Shown: positions 38,382 through 49,962 of the stretch, in pieces
How positions within the stretch are numbered: position 1 is the first letter of the stretch
Layout: each line of letters starts with the position of its first letter
Assembly (NCBI GenBank): GCA_032718475.1
Contig: JAUCBJ010007510.1
Span: forward strand, 1 to 64,000
DNA: 64,000 nt
Origin: Nemertoderma westbladi
Lineage: Eukaryota > Animalia > Xenacoelomorpha
Reading direction: 5' to 3'
Notes under the pieces: generated by a model
Databases searched by the model: none
The model's input: the letters and a program-made list of their open reading frames with translations, nothing else
Told to the model about the DNA's origin: nothing
Made by a program: the position numbers and the translations under genes

Positions 38382-40878
38382 CTAACTTTCTGTTGTGGGG
38401 TGCTCGTAGCCCCCCCCCCACTCGCTACATCTAACTTCGCTACCTCTCTCCCCGCTATTATATACCTCTCTAGTCGACACATCGACCCTACTGCGGTCGG
38501 GCCCATTCACCCCCGCCTCTCCCTCTGCTATTGCGTGGCCTACCAGGCCCTCTACTCCCTGCCTACCAACTACGTGGCCTACCAGGCCCTCAGCTTCCTG
38601 TCTACTAACTACGTGGCCTACCAGGCCCTCTGCTCCCTGTTTACTAACTACGTGGCCTACCAGGCCCTCTGCTCCCTGTCTACTAACTACGTGGCCTACC
38701 AGGCCCTCAGCTTCCTGTCTACTAACTACGTGGCCTACCAGGCCCTCTGCTCCCTGTTTACTAACTACGTGGCCTACCAGGCCCTCTGCTCCCTGTCTAC
38801 TAACTACGTGGCCTACCAGGCCCTCTGCTCCCTGTCTACTAACTACGTGGCCTACCAGGCCCTCTGCTCCCTGGTTACGTAGGCCCGACGTGTTTACATT
38901 AATAGCACCCATATTGGAAACGGAATTAATTTGCTCATTTGAAACAAAATCATTTGTATTATTCTGCGCGACTACGTTATCTGAATTATTTTGTAAATTC
39001 GGGCTAAGATCATTATTTGAATTATTCGAATTATTCTGTGTAATTGCGTTATTTATGTTATTTTGCAGGTCCGAATTCGAGTTATTATTTTGATTATTTG
39101 AATTATTTTGCGTAACTACATCAATATTAGGATTATTTTCTACATTAACACTGGGATTGTTCTGATTTAAATTTAAATTACTACCACTAGGCAAAGTATT
39201 TCCTGCAACAAAGGTTTGATTAGTGTTATCCCATACGGTACTATTAATATCAACAATGTCTACTGTACCATTATTATTATTATTACCCCCCCCCCCCCCC
39301 CCCGCTCGTACGGTCGCACCAGTCTTGAGTCTGTCGTGCGGTCCCTGTCAGTGGGGTATTAATAAATGTATCTACGGCCCCTGGCTCCTCAAAAATACTC
39401 GAGCCGGCCCCGCTTTCAGACGGCAACACTCGGACCAATTCCAGCTCGTGCGCCCGTCTAATCTTATTTTTTGCCGATACACCTTGGCGTTTCTCTAATT
39501 CCCTTAACTCTCGCTCAGCCTTTGCCCCTCTCTCCTCACTCTCCTGGCTGTCCTGTCTGGCCGACTCTACTACACTCCTAGCGTTCTCCCTTCGTCTCGC
39601 CTCACGTTCTTTGCGTTCCTTTTCCTTTCTTGCCTCATATTCCTTGCGTTCCTTTTCCCTTCTTGCCTCATATTCCTTGCGTTCCTTTTCCCTTCTCGCC
39701 TCACGTTCCTTGCGTTCCTCGTCCTCCCTTGCCTCACGCTCTCTGCGTTCCCTTTCCTCCCTAGCCTCACGCTCTCTACACTCCTTTTCCTCTATTTCGT
39801 CACTCTCCCTAAGGCTCCTCAAAGCCCTTTCGACCCTCTCACCATTCTCTTTAATCAATGCCGCTTCCCTCGCTAACCGCGCTCTCCCCTCCTCTAGCCG
39901 TTCCTCCATTTCCTTCTGACCTTGCTCTGCCACGTCGAGGCGGTATGCGGCACCTATCTCTCTCACCACTCTTTCTTTCGCGGAGGATGTAACAGACTTA
40001 TCGGTTACGACGGACTTCCCCCGCTTTCCCGACCTACTAACTTTCCCCGGCCTCCCGGAGCTTTCTCCGACCGACGAGGCCGAATCCTCGGGGTTAACCT
40101 CGGATTCGCCCCCTTCGAGTCCCCTCCAACCCACTGGTTTTACTCCCCGGGCATCGACCAAGTATGGCCCTATGTACACTGGCGCTACACTAGGTTCCAT
40201 ACTCCCACACTCCCATAGTTCAAACAGTTCACCGGCTATCCTTTCTGCTCTCTCCCCGGCCAGTTCTCTCTGCCCAAAACGTATTAGGTAATTTAAGTGT
40301 CTATCCGACTCACCTAGTCGCTTTCTCAGTCTCACCTCGTCTACCTTCGCCCCTTCCTTCTTGGCGTCGCTTATCAGCTTCCGGGTCGCGTTGTAGGCCC
40401 GTCGAAGTCGCTCAGAAACCCCGACGTCCTCGTCGCCGACCTCTCCTCCGTCCCTCCGGGTTCGACGTCGTACCGGCGGCTCCACCGTCGCCGTTCCGGT
40501 GGGCCGTCCGTCGCCCTCGGCCTGTAGCTGGCCGGCGACATCGGTACCGATCTCTCCTCCGTCTCTTCGTGTCCGACGTCGCACCGTCGGCCCCACCGTC
40601 GCCGTTTCGGTGGGCCGCTCGTCGCCCTCGGCCGGTAGCTGGCCGGCGACATCGGCGCGCCGTTCTCCGTCCCGTGTCGACTCATCTCCCTCTCCCTCCG
40701 TCTCGCTCTCTCTCTCTCTTGGCTCGACTTCGGGTTCCAGGCCCTCCTCGTCCTGTGCTTCCGGTTCGCCCGTTATCGATGGCTCCGGCGTCGTGGGCCT
40801 GTATCGTTTGGTCGCGGCCTCGCGGATCGTTAGGTCTTCGTCCGGGGTCCGCGTTGGTGTCTCGCCCGATTCACTCAT
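38382..40878 (-). CDS. Element 3 ORF1 N-terminal extension (coiled-coil ER repeats, poly-Gly, Asn-rich, 13-aa repeats); frame breaks at C-homopolymers
   Basis: ORF pieces 39283-40878 and 38382-39194 are collinear with the uninterrupted 51272-53647 frame of element 4. Confidence 0.75.
38535..38872 (-). repeat. 39-bp coding tandem repeat, about 8-9 copies, encoding GAEGLVGHVVSRQ
   Basis: Unit CTACGTGGCCTACCAGGCCCTCTGCTCCCTGTCTACTAA is directly visible. Confidence 0.92.
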
Positions 40879-40992
40879 CTCGTTTGTGGCTGATGATTCG
40901 GCTAGCTAGGTTGCAGTTCTTAGAGTTTAACTAGGGCGGTAGCTCGGTTTAGTTACTGTGTTTAGCTGGGGAAACAACACCGTTTTAGTTAC

Positions 40993-41530
40993 TGTGACGG
41001 GATCCAGGAGGGATCCCGATTTATCCGATGTGGTATTTAGTCCACGCGTCCCCGCCGTGTATAAGAGTGAAATAAAGATAACTGAGTTCTGAAGTTCGGT
41101 GTATAATAATAGGTTATAGGATATAGATATATTGTGAATTATACGGTAGGCGGGATACGGTAACTAAAGTCCCGTGATCCCCTAACTAAACTAATTGGCT
41201 GTACCCTACGCTAGCACTGCTGCACTGAGATAACTGAATCACTGATTAATAGGTTATTGGTTATATTGCACGGTGGCCTTACTGCTACTCAATCGATGCC
41301 ATTCCCCCCTCTGATTGGTTAATACCCTTGTTGGCGCCCCGTGGAGTATTCCCGTTCACTCCACCTGTTCTCCTTGGGTTAGGGGTTTGGCCCCTGACCC
41401 TCTATTGTGTGCTTCCTTCCCACTCTTATTGGGATGGCACGAGTTGGTTAATTGCCCAATCTCGTGGCTCCCAATATTGCTTATCGGCTTACAACTTTAT
41501 GGGGTGTTGGCGGGATTGAATAAGTTAACA
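40993..41530 (-). repeat. Element 3 5' LTR
   Basis: Direct repeat of 29712-30249, followed by TSD TAGAA. Confidence 0.96.
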
Positions 41531-41535
41531 TAGAA

Positions 41536-44500
41536 GATTTAATTGATCTAACCAATGGCAATACCAGTGGTGCTATTAATGTGAACGTGTCGGACGTGTA
41601 TAACCCGACATATGAGGGCCTGGTGGGCCGTTCAGTTAGTAGGCAGGAAGTGGCGGGGTTGAGCCGACCCGACGGGGGCCTGGTAGGCCACGTAGTTAGT
41701 AGGCAGGAGGTGGCGGGGTTGAGCCAACCCGATGGGGGCCTGATGGGCCACGTAGTTAGTGGGCAGGAGGTGGCGGGGTTGAGTCAACCCGACAGGGGCC
41801 TGGTAGGCCACTTAGTTGGTAGGCAGGAGGTGGCGGGGTTGAGTCAACCCGAGAGGGGCCTGGTAGGCCACGTAGTAGTAGAGAGAGAGGCGGGGGTGAG
41901 TAGACCCAGCTGCAGTAGAGACATTGTGTCGACTGAAGAGGGGTGTAGAAGTGAAGTAAGAGGTAGTGGCGTGACATGTGGCAAGTGGGGGGGCTACAGG
42001 AGCCCCACAACAAGAAGTTAGCGGCGAGAAGGGGGGGCAGAGAGTGCCCCACAAGCGTCGATGGATAGTGCGCGGGCCGAATTAGGTAAACCGCAGCACC
42101 CGGCGATGGAGAGTAATAGGGGGATTGCGAGTATCCCCAGCGGCGTGCAATCGAGTAGAGAGAGACAGGTTGATGTCGCGAGAGGGCGGACGAAGCGTCG
42201 AGCCCGATCAGAAGAGGGAAGAAGGAAACGCGACCTGACGAGGCGCACCATGCGTCGAGAGAGGGGTACGCGATGTACCAGTACGAGGACGAGAGCAGTA
42301 AAGGGGGTCGGAGAGAAACTTCCCGGCGGGATCTAGCTACCGATCGAGAATGCGGTAGCCGCGGGGAGGATTATTCGAGAAGATTAAACGTCAATCCCAA
42401 GCGACACATACAGACTGTAGGACATACTGTAGGCCTTACTGCACATACTATAGGCCATGCTGGCAGAAATAATGTGGGCGATGGGATTAAACCCGGAAGT
42501 CGCGGAGTACATACCGGCAGGTGGGCCAGAAGCTGATAGGCCTATACCAGTACCAGTACAGCAGTATGACTACAGCATGCACGGACATAACATATACCCA
42601 GGGGAGGGGGGAATTATTGCGGATAGGTGCATGGGCCCCAATATATTAACATCAACCCCAGTACCAAACATACCGGTGGGGGGGGGGGGGCAGGGTGACA
42701 TTCCCCCATCACAATATCAACAATATACCCCAATAGGAGTAAGAACAACGAACCCCTTGGATGAAAATAGATCATGCGACACCAAAATATGGAAGGGGCC
42801 GCTACCCCCAATAATATACCCAAGCCAAAGGAAGCCAGGTAATAGGACGGACGGACCGCACCCAACAGGAGAAACTATACAATATCCATCGAACCCATTG
42901 GAAGCGCAAGGGATGGGGATGGCCATGTTAATCGATGCGCTAAAAACTAGGATCGAATTACCACCCGTGGAACCGTTCAATCTCAATGGGAGTAGGCCGG
43001 AAGAATATCTACAGTTTCGGCGCATGTATAGTAACGAAATACTAACAAAGAGCTTGACGCAGGCGGAGTGCCTAAAGTATCTGCAAGTATATACAGGAGG
43101 CCCAGCATATGACATCGTGAGGCAATACCAGGGCATCGAGGGTGGCTTCACGACGGCATGGCGGGCACTGGACAGGGAATACAGGCACCCGGCCAAGATC
43201 ATCCAGCAAACCCTGAGAGGCATAACATCGGGTGGCCTACAGGATAATCCCATTAGCATTAAGACGTTCGCGAACAAAGTCGAGAAGGCGCTAATCGTGC
43301 TAAAGACGCTAGACGCGCCTTACGAACTCAATACGTCCAACAACATCACCACGATAGCGCAGGCACTACCGATATGGTTGCCCAACAAGTGGAGGAAAAT
43401 CGCTTTCTCCACTCGAGATAGGAAGGGTGCGGAACCGGGTTTAGAAGAGATGTCGAGCTTCTTGAACTACGAAGCTGAATTAATAACAGACCCAGTCTAT
43501 AGTGAGGACAGCCTGGGAAAGGGACCAAGAACCGATTACCACAGACCGAAACCAGAACACAACGTGTCAAACGCCTTACCAAAGCTCAGGCAATCACTGC
43601 CATACACAGCGACACAGGGGAATGCTAGTCCACAGGTAGCCGGGGGTAAGACCACATCATGGAGCGGACAGGGGAAAAATAACAACACAAATAAACATAA
43701 CCCCAGTATGCCCAGTAGGCCGAGCCCAAACAATAAGAATAGTAGGGACTTTGGTACAAATGCAACTGCGATACGCAATACGCTGTATAAGGACGGCTAC
43801 GACCCAAAGAGCAAATGCCAGCTACATACAAATGCGCTTCATCAGACCATGAATTGCAGGTACTGGCAAGCGCTACCCAGGGAAGATCAGGTAGAATACG
43901 CGGCAAGAAATGAGATCTGCTCGCGATGTGTGATGAGTGGACATAGAGCTAGACAATGCAAGGAGATGCCGATTAAGTTCGGTCAAAGTAAAGGCCAAAC
44001 GATGGCAACGAGCACAGTAGGGGCAAAGAAGGGAGGAACGGTACTACTTGGGGTAGTACCAGTGCGAGTGATTGGGGAAGGCAATCGATCAGTGACCACA
44101 CTGATGCTGGTCGACAGTGGAGCTGCCTTCACACTAGTCGAGAATTGGGTGGCCGAGGAGATAGGATTGAGAACGAGGCCAAGTAGAATGGCAGTAACAA
44201 CAATCTCCAGCAAAGATGAGATCCTGGAGATGAGGACCGGACGGTGCGCAATAGCAGCAATAGCACCTGGATGCGACTATGGGGCGAACATCGACCCCAT
44301 CCAGGTGATAGAGTCGATAAACATCAACGCCAGGCGACCAACCAACATCAAGGTCGAGCAATATAAATTCCTGGACAGTATCGACTTCTCAATCCCAGAG
44401 GTGGACGTTAGGAAAGTATCCATCATAGTAGGAATGGACTGCCCGACGGCCCACGAGAGAATGCAAATGGTCTTCGGCGAAGACAGGCAGTGTGACCCGG

Positions 44501-45243
44501 TGGCGATTTTAACACCATTCGGGTGGACGCTGACCGGCCCAATCAGAACCAATATACCATTTAGTGTAACCGAGACTTCAGGGTGCATTGTGCCAGGGAC
44601 TGTTGAAGAGGTAGAGGAGAAGCAAGAGACGGGCGATAGGGGGAGACAGCTAGAAGTAGAAGCAACACCAAGAGAGTGGGCGGAGGAGAATGGCTTGGAT
44701 GCAGAAGATTTAGAGACAATGGTTTGGAACAAGGATCCCAGCAAGTATCGGTATGGAGATGGAGAGGAGCGGACGGCGAGATGTCCGGAGGACTAACCGG
44801 AGAAGTGTCCGGTGCAGTGGCAGGTGGACAATAGTCCGGAGGAGTGTCCGGAGGAGTGTTCAGAGGAGTGTCCGGAAGAGACGCCGGTCCGGTTGAGAGG
44901 CATACCGACAAGGGGGAAGCCGAGTAAGAAGACAAGATGGAAAGGGAGAGGATGTGAGAGGATTAGACCAGGGGCAGAGAAGCCCATGAGTAAACACAAC
45001 AGAGGAGCCGGGAAAGTAGAAGGAGGCGTGTTGCATACGCACGCGGGACTGACAGAGTGCGAGGGGGCATTACATGGGCAGAGATCGTGTATACCGAAGG
45101 ACGAACGGGGGTCGTCGAGGCCTTTAATGCCAGCACACATATTAAGGAGGAGGCCAGCAGAGGTGGCATGTAAGAATAAGGATGACACCAGGGGCGGCAT
45201 TATAACGCCGAGCGACGAGTTGAAGGGTCGCACTTTGCCGCCA
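41536..45243 (+). pseudogene. gag: Element 2 ORF1 continuation: 60-bp repeats, Gag, knuckles and protease (frameshifts; stop at 44794-44796)
   Basis: ORF 42457-44796 carries the same Gag and LVDSGA motifs as element 3. Confidence 0.88.
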
Positions 45244-45292
45244 TACCACGATACCGGGAGCTCATAACACCAGCGCCCAAGGAGTCGACGAC

Positions 45293-47716
45293 CAGCTCAC
45301 CTAGCCTCCTTAGCGGGTGATCGCCCTCAGCCCCCGCTGGTATGGGTGCCGCCTGCGATCCCGATGTCGACTGTTTCGGTGATCCCACCATCCATCCCAG
45401 TTCTCGCCCTAGAGACTCCCCCGAACTCCCTGACGACGTCCAACGAAGTTTGTCTAAGGCCGCCTGTTCTTCGAAGCCGTAGTTCTGGGCCCTAGCCTCC
45501 TCCTCCCTTTCTTCTGCCTCTCTCCTCTCCTGTCTGGCGATTTCTTCCAATTGCTTCGCTTCTCGTCTATCCGCCTCTAGCTGCTCCCATCTCTGATATG
45601 GCGTATCTACGTCCCTGTCTACTAGATGTCGGCAGTTATAGTATACCGACTCGCCCTTCAGCCCCGGGTGGTCTACCAGACCCTCGAAAGCCGTTTTAAA
45701 GGCTCTTCTGTAGCTCAGGGGTGACCCCGATAGCAGGAATGCCGTTGGTTCTTTCCCAATGACGACGGTCATGAATAGGTTTAGCAAACCCATCATTTTC
45801 CAGTCCTCCTGCAGGATATATCGCTTCTGATATACCTTTATCGCTCCTCTTCGGAATTGATACAACTCTTGTTTCCCTGGTCTCGCTCCCCACTTCAGCG
45901 AGTTCGCTAACTCTGCTCCGTACTCTTCTCTGAACTTCCCCCAGTCCATTGGTTTGTGACACACGAGCCCCAATAGCTGGCCCATCACCACCGCTCCACA
46001 ATGGCCTGCGTTCTCCACTAGTCCCAACCCATCTGGTGCTGTCATAACCATGAAGACCGTCTGTGTATCCAGAAGGTTGGGGGTGTCCGGTCCGATGATT
46101 CTCTCCGCATCGTCGCGGATCGCCGATCCCACTTTCGTCGTCGACTTCTCTCTCACTAGGGTTTGCACCGCCTTCGGCAACCGGTTCAATTTCGGCCCGT
46201 CCTTCTTCCCATACGTTCCCAGATTGAACAGGAAAATATCACCATTTGGCGCGGCCAAATGTAGGAGTATGGTTCTGGCCGACCCCGCCGATCCTCTCCT
46301 CGAACCCTCCTCGTCTTCCACGGATCCTTCGTCGTCTAGGATCATGCATCCTTCCCTGCTGACAGACTCTACGAACCTCTTCCAATCTTTCCTCGGTGGC
46401 TCCCTCGCGTACTTCGGAATCCCGAACTTCGCCTCGTCTCCCTTCACCACGTAGTGGAAATGCTCGAAGATCGCGTTGTCCAGCAACGGCGTCCCATAGG
46501 TCCTGACCAGTCGCTGTTCGTGCACCTCCCTGAAATGGTCCTGCAGTGCTCGCGCCCCGTGACCTCTCTCCAACCGCTAGTAGTATCCCCTTGTCTTCTC
46601 TTCCGGATACTACTACTACTACTAGGATCGGCATGCTGCATTGCAGCTGCATTTTTAAGAATGCTGTGCCGGCTTGTCAACAAAATTGCACCGCCACAAC
46701 TCCCTATCACCCATGACATTTGCTAGATCATCCGCATCTTTAAGACCAGTGTCCTTTAAGATGCGTCTCAAGAAAGTCATGGGCTGTCCACCATGCTTAT
46801 TCACTCCATGAGGCTGCCAAAGTACAAGATTATGCACTGGCTGGTCCTCACGGCGAAAGCAATGTCCTGCAAAGCAGAGGCGATTTTGTTCTAGTGTCAA
46901 GCTTGGGGGAACCAATGAGACACCTCCAATGTTATATAGTGTCTGGTTGGAGATGTGTGCATTGTACTTGACACAATGAACCTGGCGTAGCATTCTTGTG
47001 AATGTGCCATCCAGAGATTTGGTGTCCTCAGCAGTTAGAGCCCAGCATGGACTCCCGTAGAGGAGTACTGGAACTACTGCTGCTCTAAATAATCGGACCT
47101 TAAGTTTCCGATTAATTCTCGGTGACTTCCAAATCCTGGAAAGCCTATTCAAGGCTGCCCATGCCTTTCCCTTACGTATTCGAAGGTCCTCACCTGACTT
47201 CCGGATCCATGATCCCAGGTAACAGAAGTCGTCGACATGCTCAAGCATACCATCCTTTGAGCTTATGCACATCCGATCAGAGACTTGCTGAGGACTTTCA
47301 AAGTTAACTGTCAGAATTTTGGTCTTTCTGGAGTTAATAAAAAGACCAACACTAGAAGCAGCATGTTCTAATGAGCTGAGGAGCCGTTGTGCTCCCTCTA
47401 ATGATTCTGAGAGTACTCCTAAGTCATCAGCAAAGTCTAGATCAGTTAGGTACTTGGCAGGATTTCCTCGACTTCTGGAGCCAGTAGGTGGAGTTATCAT
47501 CACCCCATCATCATTATGATGATCTAAGGACATGCGTAGAACATAGTCAACCACAATAATGAATAAGAATGGTGCAAGTGTGTCTCCTTGGAGGACGCCC
47601 CATAACACTTCGAATGGTTCTGTGTCACCGTCAACAGGATGCCTCTTGGTAAAATCCACCAGTATCTCCTTTCCTCCTGACTAAGCCTTTCTCTTCCTGA
47701 TCAGTTTCCCCGCCAT
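45293..47716 (-). pseudogene. Element 5 ORF2 (exonuclease-like domain; early TAG, RTE insertion, C-terminal knuckles lost)
   Basis: MAGKLIRKRKA*SGGKEILVDF, then after the RTE: ILDDEG..TILLHLAAPNGDIFLF..LPKAVQTLVREKSTTKVGSAIRDDAERI..YQKRYILQEDW. Confidence 0.75.
46609..47636 (-). mobile_element. 5'-truncated RTE-type non-LTR retrotransposon (RT C-terminal half, ORF ends at 46655)
   Basis: GVLQGDTLAPFLFIIVVDYVLR, LTDLDFADDL, FCYLGS, VLLYGS..W; short 3' UTR ending in an (AGT)n tail; flanking GGAT duplication at 46605-46608 and 47637-47640. Confidence 0.9.
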
Positions 47717-47784
47717 TTCGAACCCTCTCACTCGCTCACCTGTAAGGTGGTGCCTTGCCAAGGCGCAGTACAGATGAGTGATGA

Positions 47785-48327
47785 TGTGACGGGATCTACG
47801 GATCCCGGTTTATCCGTTGGGTTTTCTATCCACGCGTCCCCGCCGTGTGTGAAAGGTAAAAGAGTTCTGATGTTCGGTAATATGTATAAAGGTATAATAT
47901 AGTCTGATAGTTGATATAGTATAGTACGACACTTTACCGGTAGATAAGTATGATGGCGGTAGCGGACGGTGACAGAAGTCCCCGTTCCACCCTACTGATC
48001 TGACTGAGTAAACTAAACTGAATAGGGAAGCACCAATAGGTAATATATGTACTGCACAGTTGGCCATATTACTGTACCTAGTCGATGCTGTCCCCCCATT
48101 GGCTAATATCCCACTTCTCGCCCTTTCACCTTCCCTGGTGTGTTTCCCGTTGCCCCTGTTGTTCTCTCTCTGTTAGGGGTTTGGCCCCTGACCCCTATTG
48201 TGTGTGTCTCTCCTTCCCACTCTATTGGGGTGACACGAGGTTGATATTGGTAATCAACCTCGTGCTCCCAATATTGCTTTACGGCTCACTCTATGGGTTT
48301 GTGTTAGCGGAATTGGATAAGCTAACA
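47785..48327 (-). repeat. Element 4 3' LTR
   Basis: Direct repeat of 53712-54254. Confidence 0.96.
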
Positions 48328-48959
48328 CTCCCCCCCATGCTATCTTCCCGGTGAGAAGATAGCATCCAACTAAAGTGCGCTACAATTCCGCTGGATCCCG
48401 ATCTAGCATCGGGTGTGGGGTGGGTATATTTTCTTTCGGAGCCGGCTTTCCAAGCCGCTCCCTGTGGGTATGATAATGCTACCCTCTGGCGTCTCGTGTC
48501 GGGCCGATCGCACGCTTCTCTCACACAATTTTTGTTTCCCCAACACTCTCACCACTCTACTCCAACTCTCGCATACTCCCGGACCTCCTCGTCCCACACT
48601 CTTCTTCTCACTTCTCCTCCCCCACACTTGAATTGTGCCCACGCTCTCTTCGCACTTTGCACTATCACCTCTCCACTCTCTGCCACTCCCTAAGGCTTTA
48701 TTTAATCTCTAATGCTACCCCTGTGCTATCATACTATCTACCTACTGCTTACTAACTCTAACTATCTAACTAACTCTGCTAACTACTAACTCTTACTACT
48801 TCTAGCTCTAACTGAGAGCCTCTAACTTTCTACTGACTCTAACTCTCTACTAAGTCTAACTAACTCCCACTAACTCTCTACTTCTACTAACTCTACTTGA
48901 CTCCTCTAAGTCTACCAACTCTGCTAACTAGCTCTACTAACTCCACTCCACTCTTCTAA

Positions 48960-49890
48960 CTATGTGGCGCTTGCGGTGCCCACAACCACTTACTATCTGG
49001 CACCCTATGTGCCCTTCTACTACTCTACTACCTCTAACTCTCTAACTCTACTGCCTGGCACCCTATGTGCCCGTCTCTACTATTCTACTCTCTGGCACTC
49101 TATGTGCCCTCTCTACTACTTCTAACACTTTAACTCTACTACCTGGCACCCTATGTGCCCCCTCTACTACTCTACTACCTCTAACTCTCTAACTCTACTA
49201 CCTGGCACCCTATGTGCCCGTCTCTACTACTCTACTACCTGGCACCCTATGTGCCCGTCTCTACTATTCTACTCTATCTCTAACTCTCTACTAACTCAAC
49301 TACCTCTACTACTTACTTCTTGTGCCCGGCACCTCTTGTGCCCGGCACCCACCCTAATTAACATATTCTGCTCTTACATCAATCACGTCATCACGCCCGA
49401 GCCCCACTAAGTTCAGTGCATCCCCTACTAACTCTAACTACGTGGCGCTTGCGGTGCCCACAACCTCTACTGCTACTTCCATCTACGTGGCGCTTATGGT
49501 GCCCACAACCCTCTACTGCTCTACTAACACTCCTAACTAGCGGTACTACGTACCCTCTTACTTCTCTAGCTCTCTCTACTAGCTAAGCGGTACAACATAC
49601 CCTCTTACTACTCTAGCTCTCTCTACTAGCTAGCGGTACTACGTACCCTCTTACTCTTACTAACTCTCTCTACTCTTACTAACCAGTACTACGTACCTTC
49701 TAACTCTTACTAACTCTCTCTACTCTTACTAACCGGTACTACGTACCCTCTAACTCTTACTCTCTAATGGTACTACGTACCCCTTAACTCCTACTCTCTA
49801 ACGGTACTGTGTACCCTCTAACTCTTACTCTCTAACGGTACTACGTACCACCCTCTAACTCTTACTCTCTAACGGTACTACGTACCACCC
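48960..49890. repeat. Element 4 internal hairpin arrays (GGCACCCTATGTGCC, GTGGCGCTTGCGGTGCCCAC and GGTACTACGTACC types)
   Basis: Directly visible; combines the unit types of elements 1 and 3. Confidence 0.85.
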
Positions 49891-49962
49891 TCTAACTAAC
49901 TAACTAACTCTTACTACCTAACTTCTACCTACTCTATTATTTAATTATTTTCTTATTTTTAA

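Larger units (their letters stand above)
29712..41530 (-). mobile_element. Element 3: complete 11.8-kb non-autonomous LTR element with ORF1 (gag-PR) and ORF2 (exonuclease-like plus zinc knuckles), nested in element 2
   Basis: 538-bp LTRs at 29712-30249 and 40993-41530 look identical by eye. TSD TAGAA at 29707-29711 and 41531-41535. PPT at 30250-30258. Confidence 0.96.
27421..45292 (+). mobile_element. Element 2: plus-strand copy of the non-autonomous LTR family, interrupted by element 3 (29712-41535) and rearranged at its 3' end; no 3' LTR in the window
   Basis: 5' LTR at 27421-27981 (TGTTAGCG..CCGTCACA). ORF1 homology at 28099-29711 resumes at 41536 and runs to 45243. An ORF2 C-terminal scrap follows at 45244-45292. 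Confidence 0.88.

Noticed and set aside
46655-47716. Apparent in-frame ORF2-RT fusion that would give the family its own RT
   Set aside because: It is a 5'-truncated RTE insertion with a tail and short TSD, it lacks the N-terminal RT motifs, and an upstream TAG interrupts the frame.
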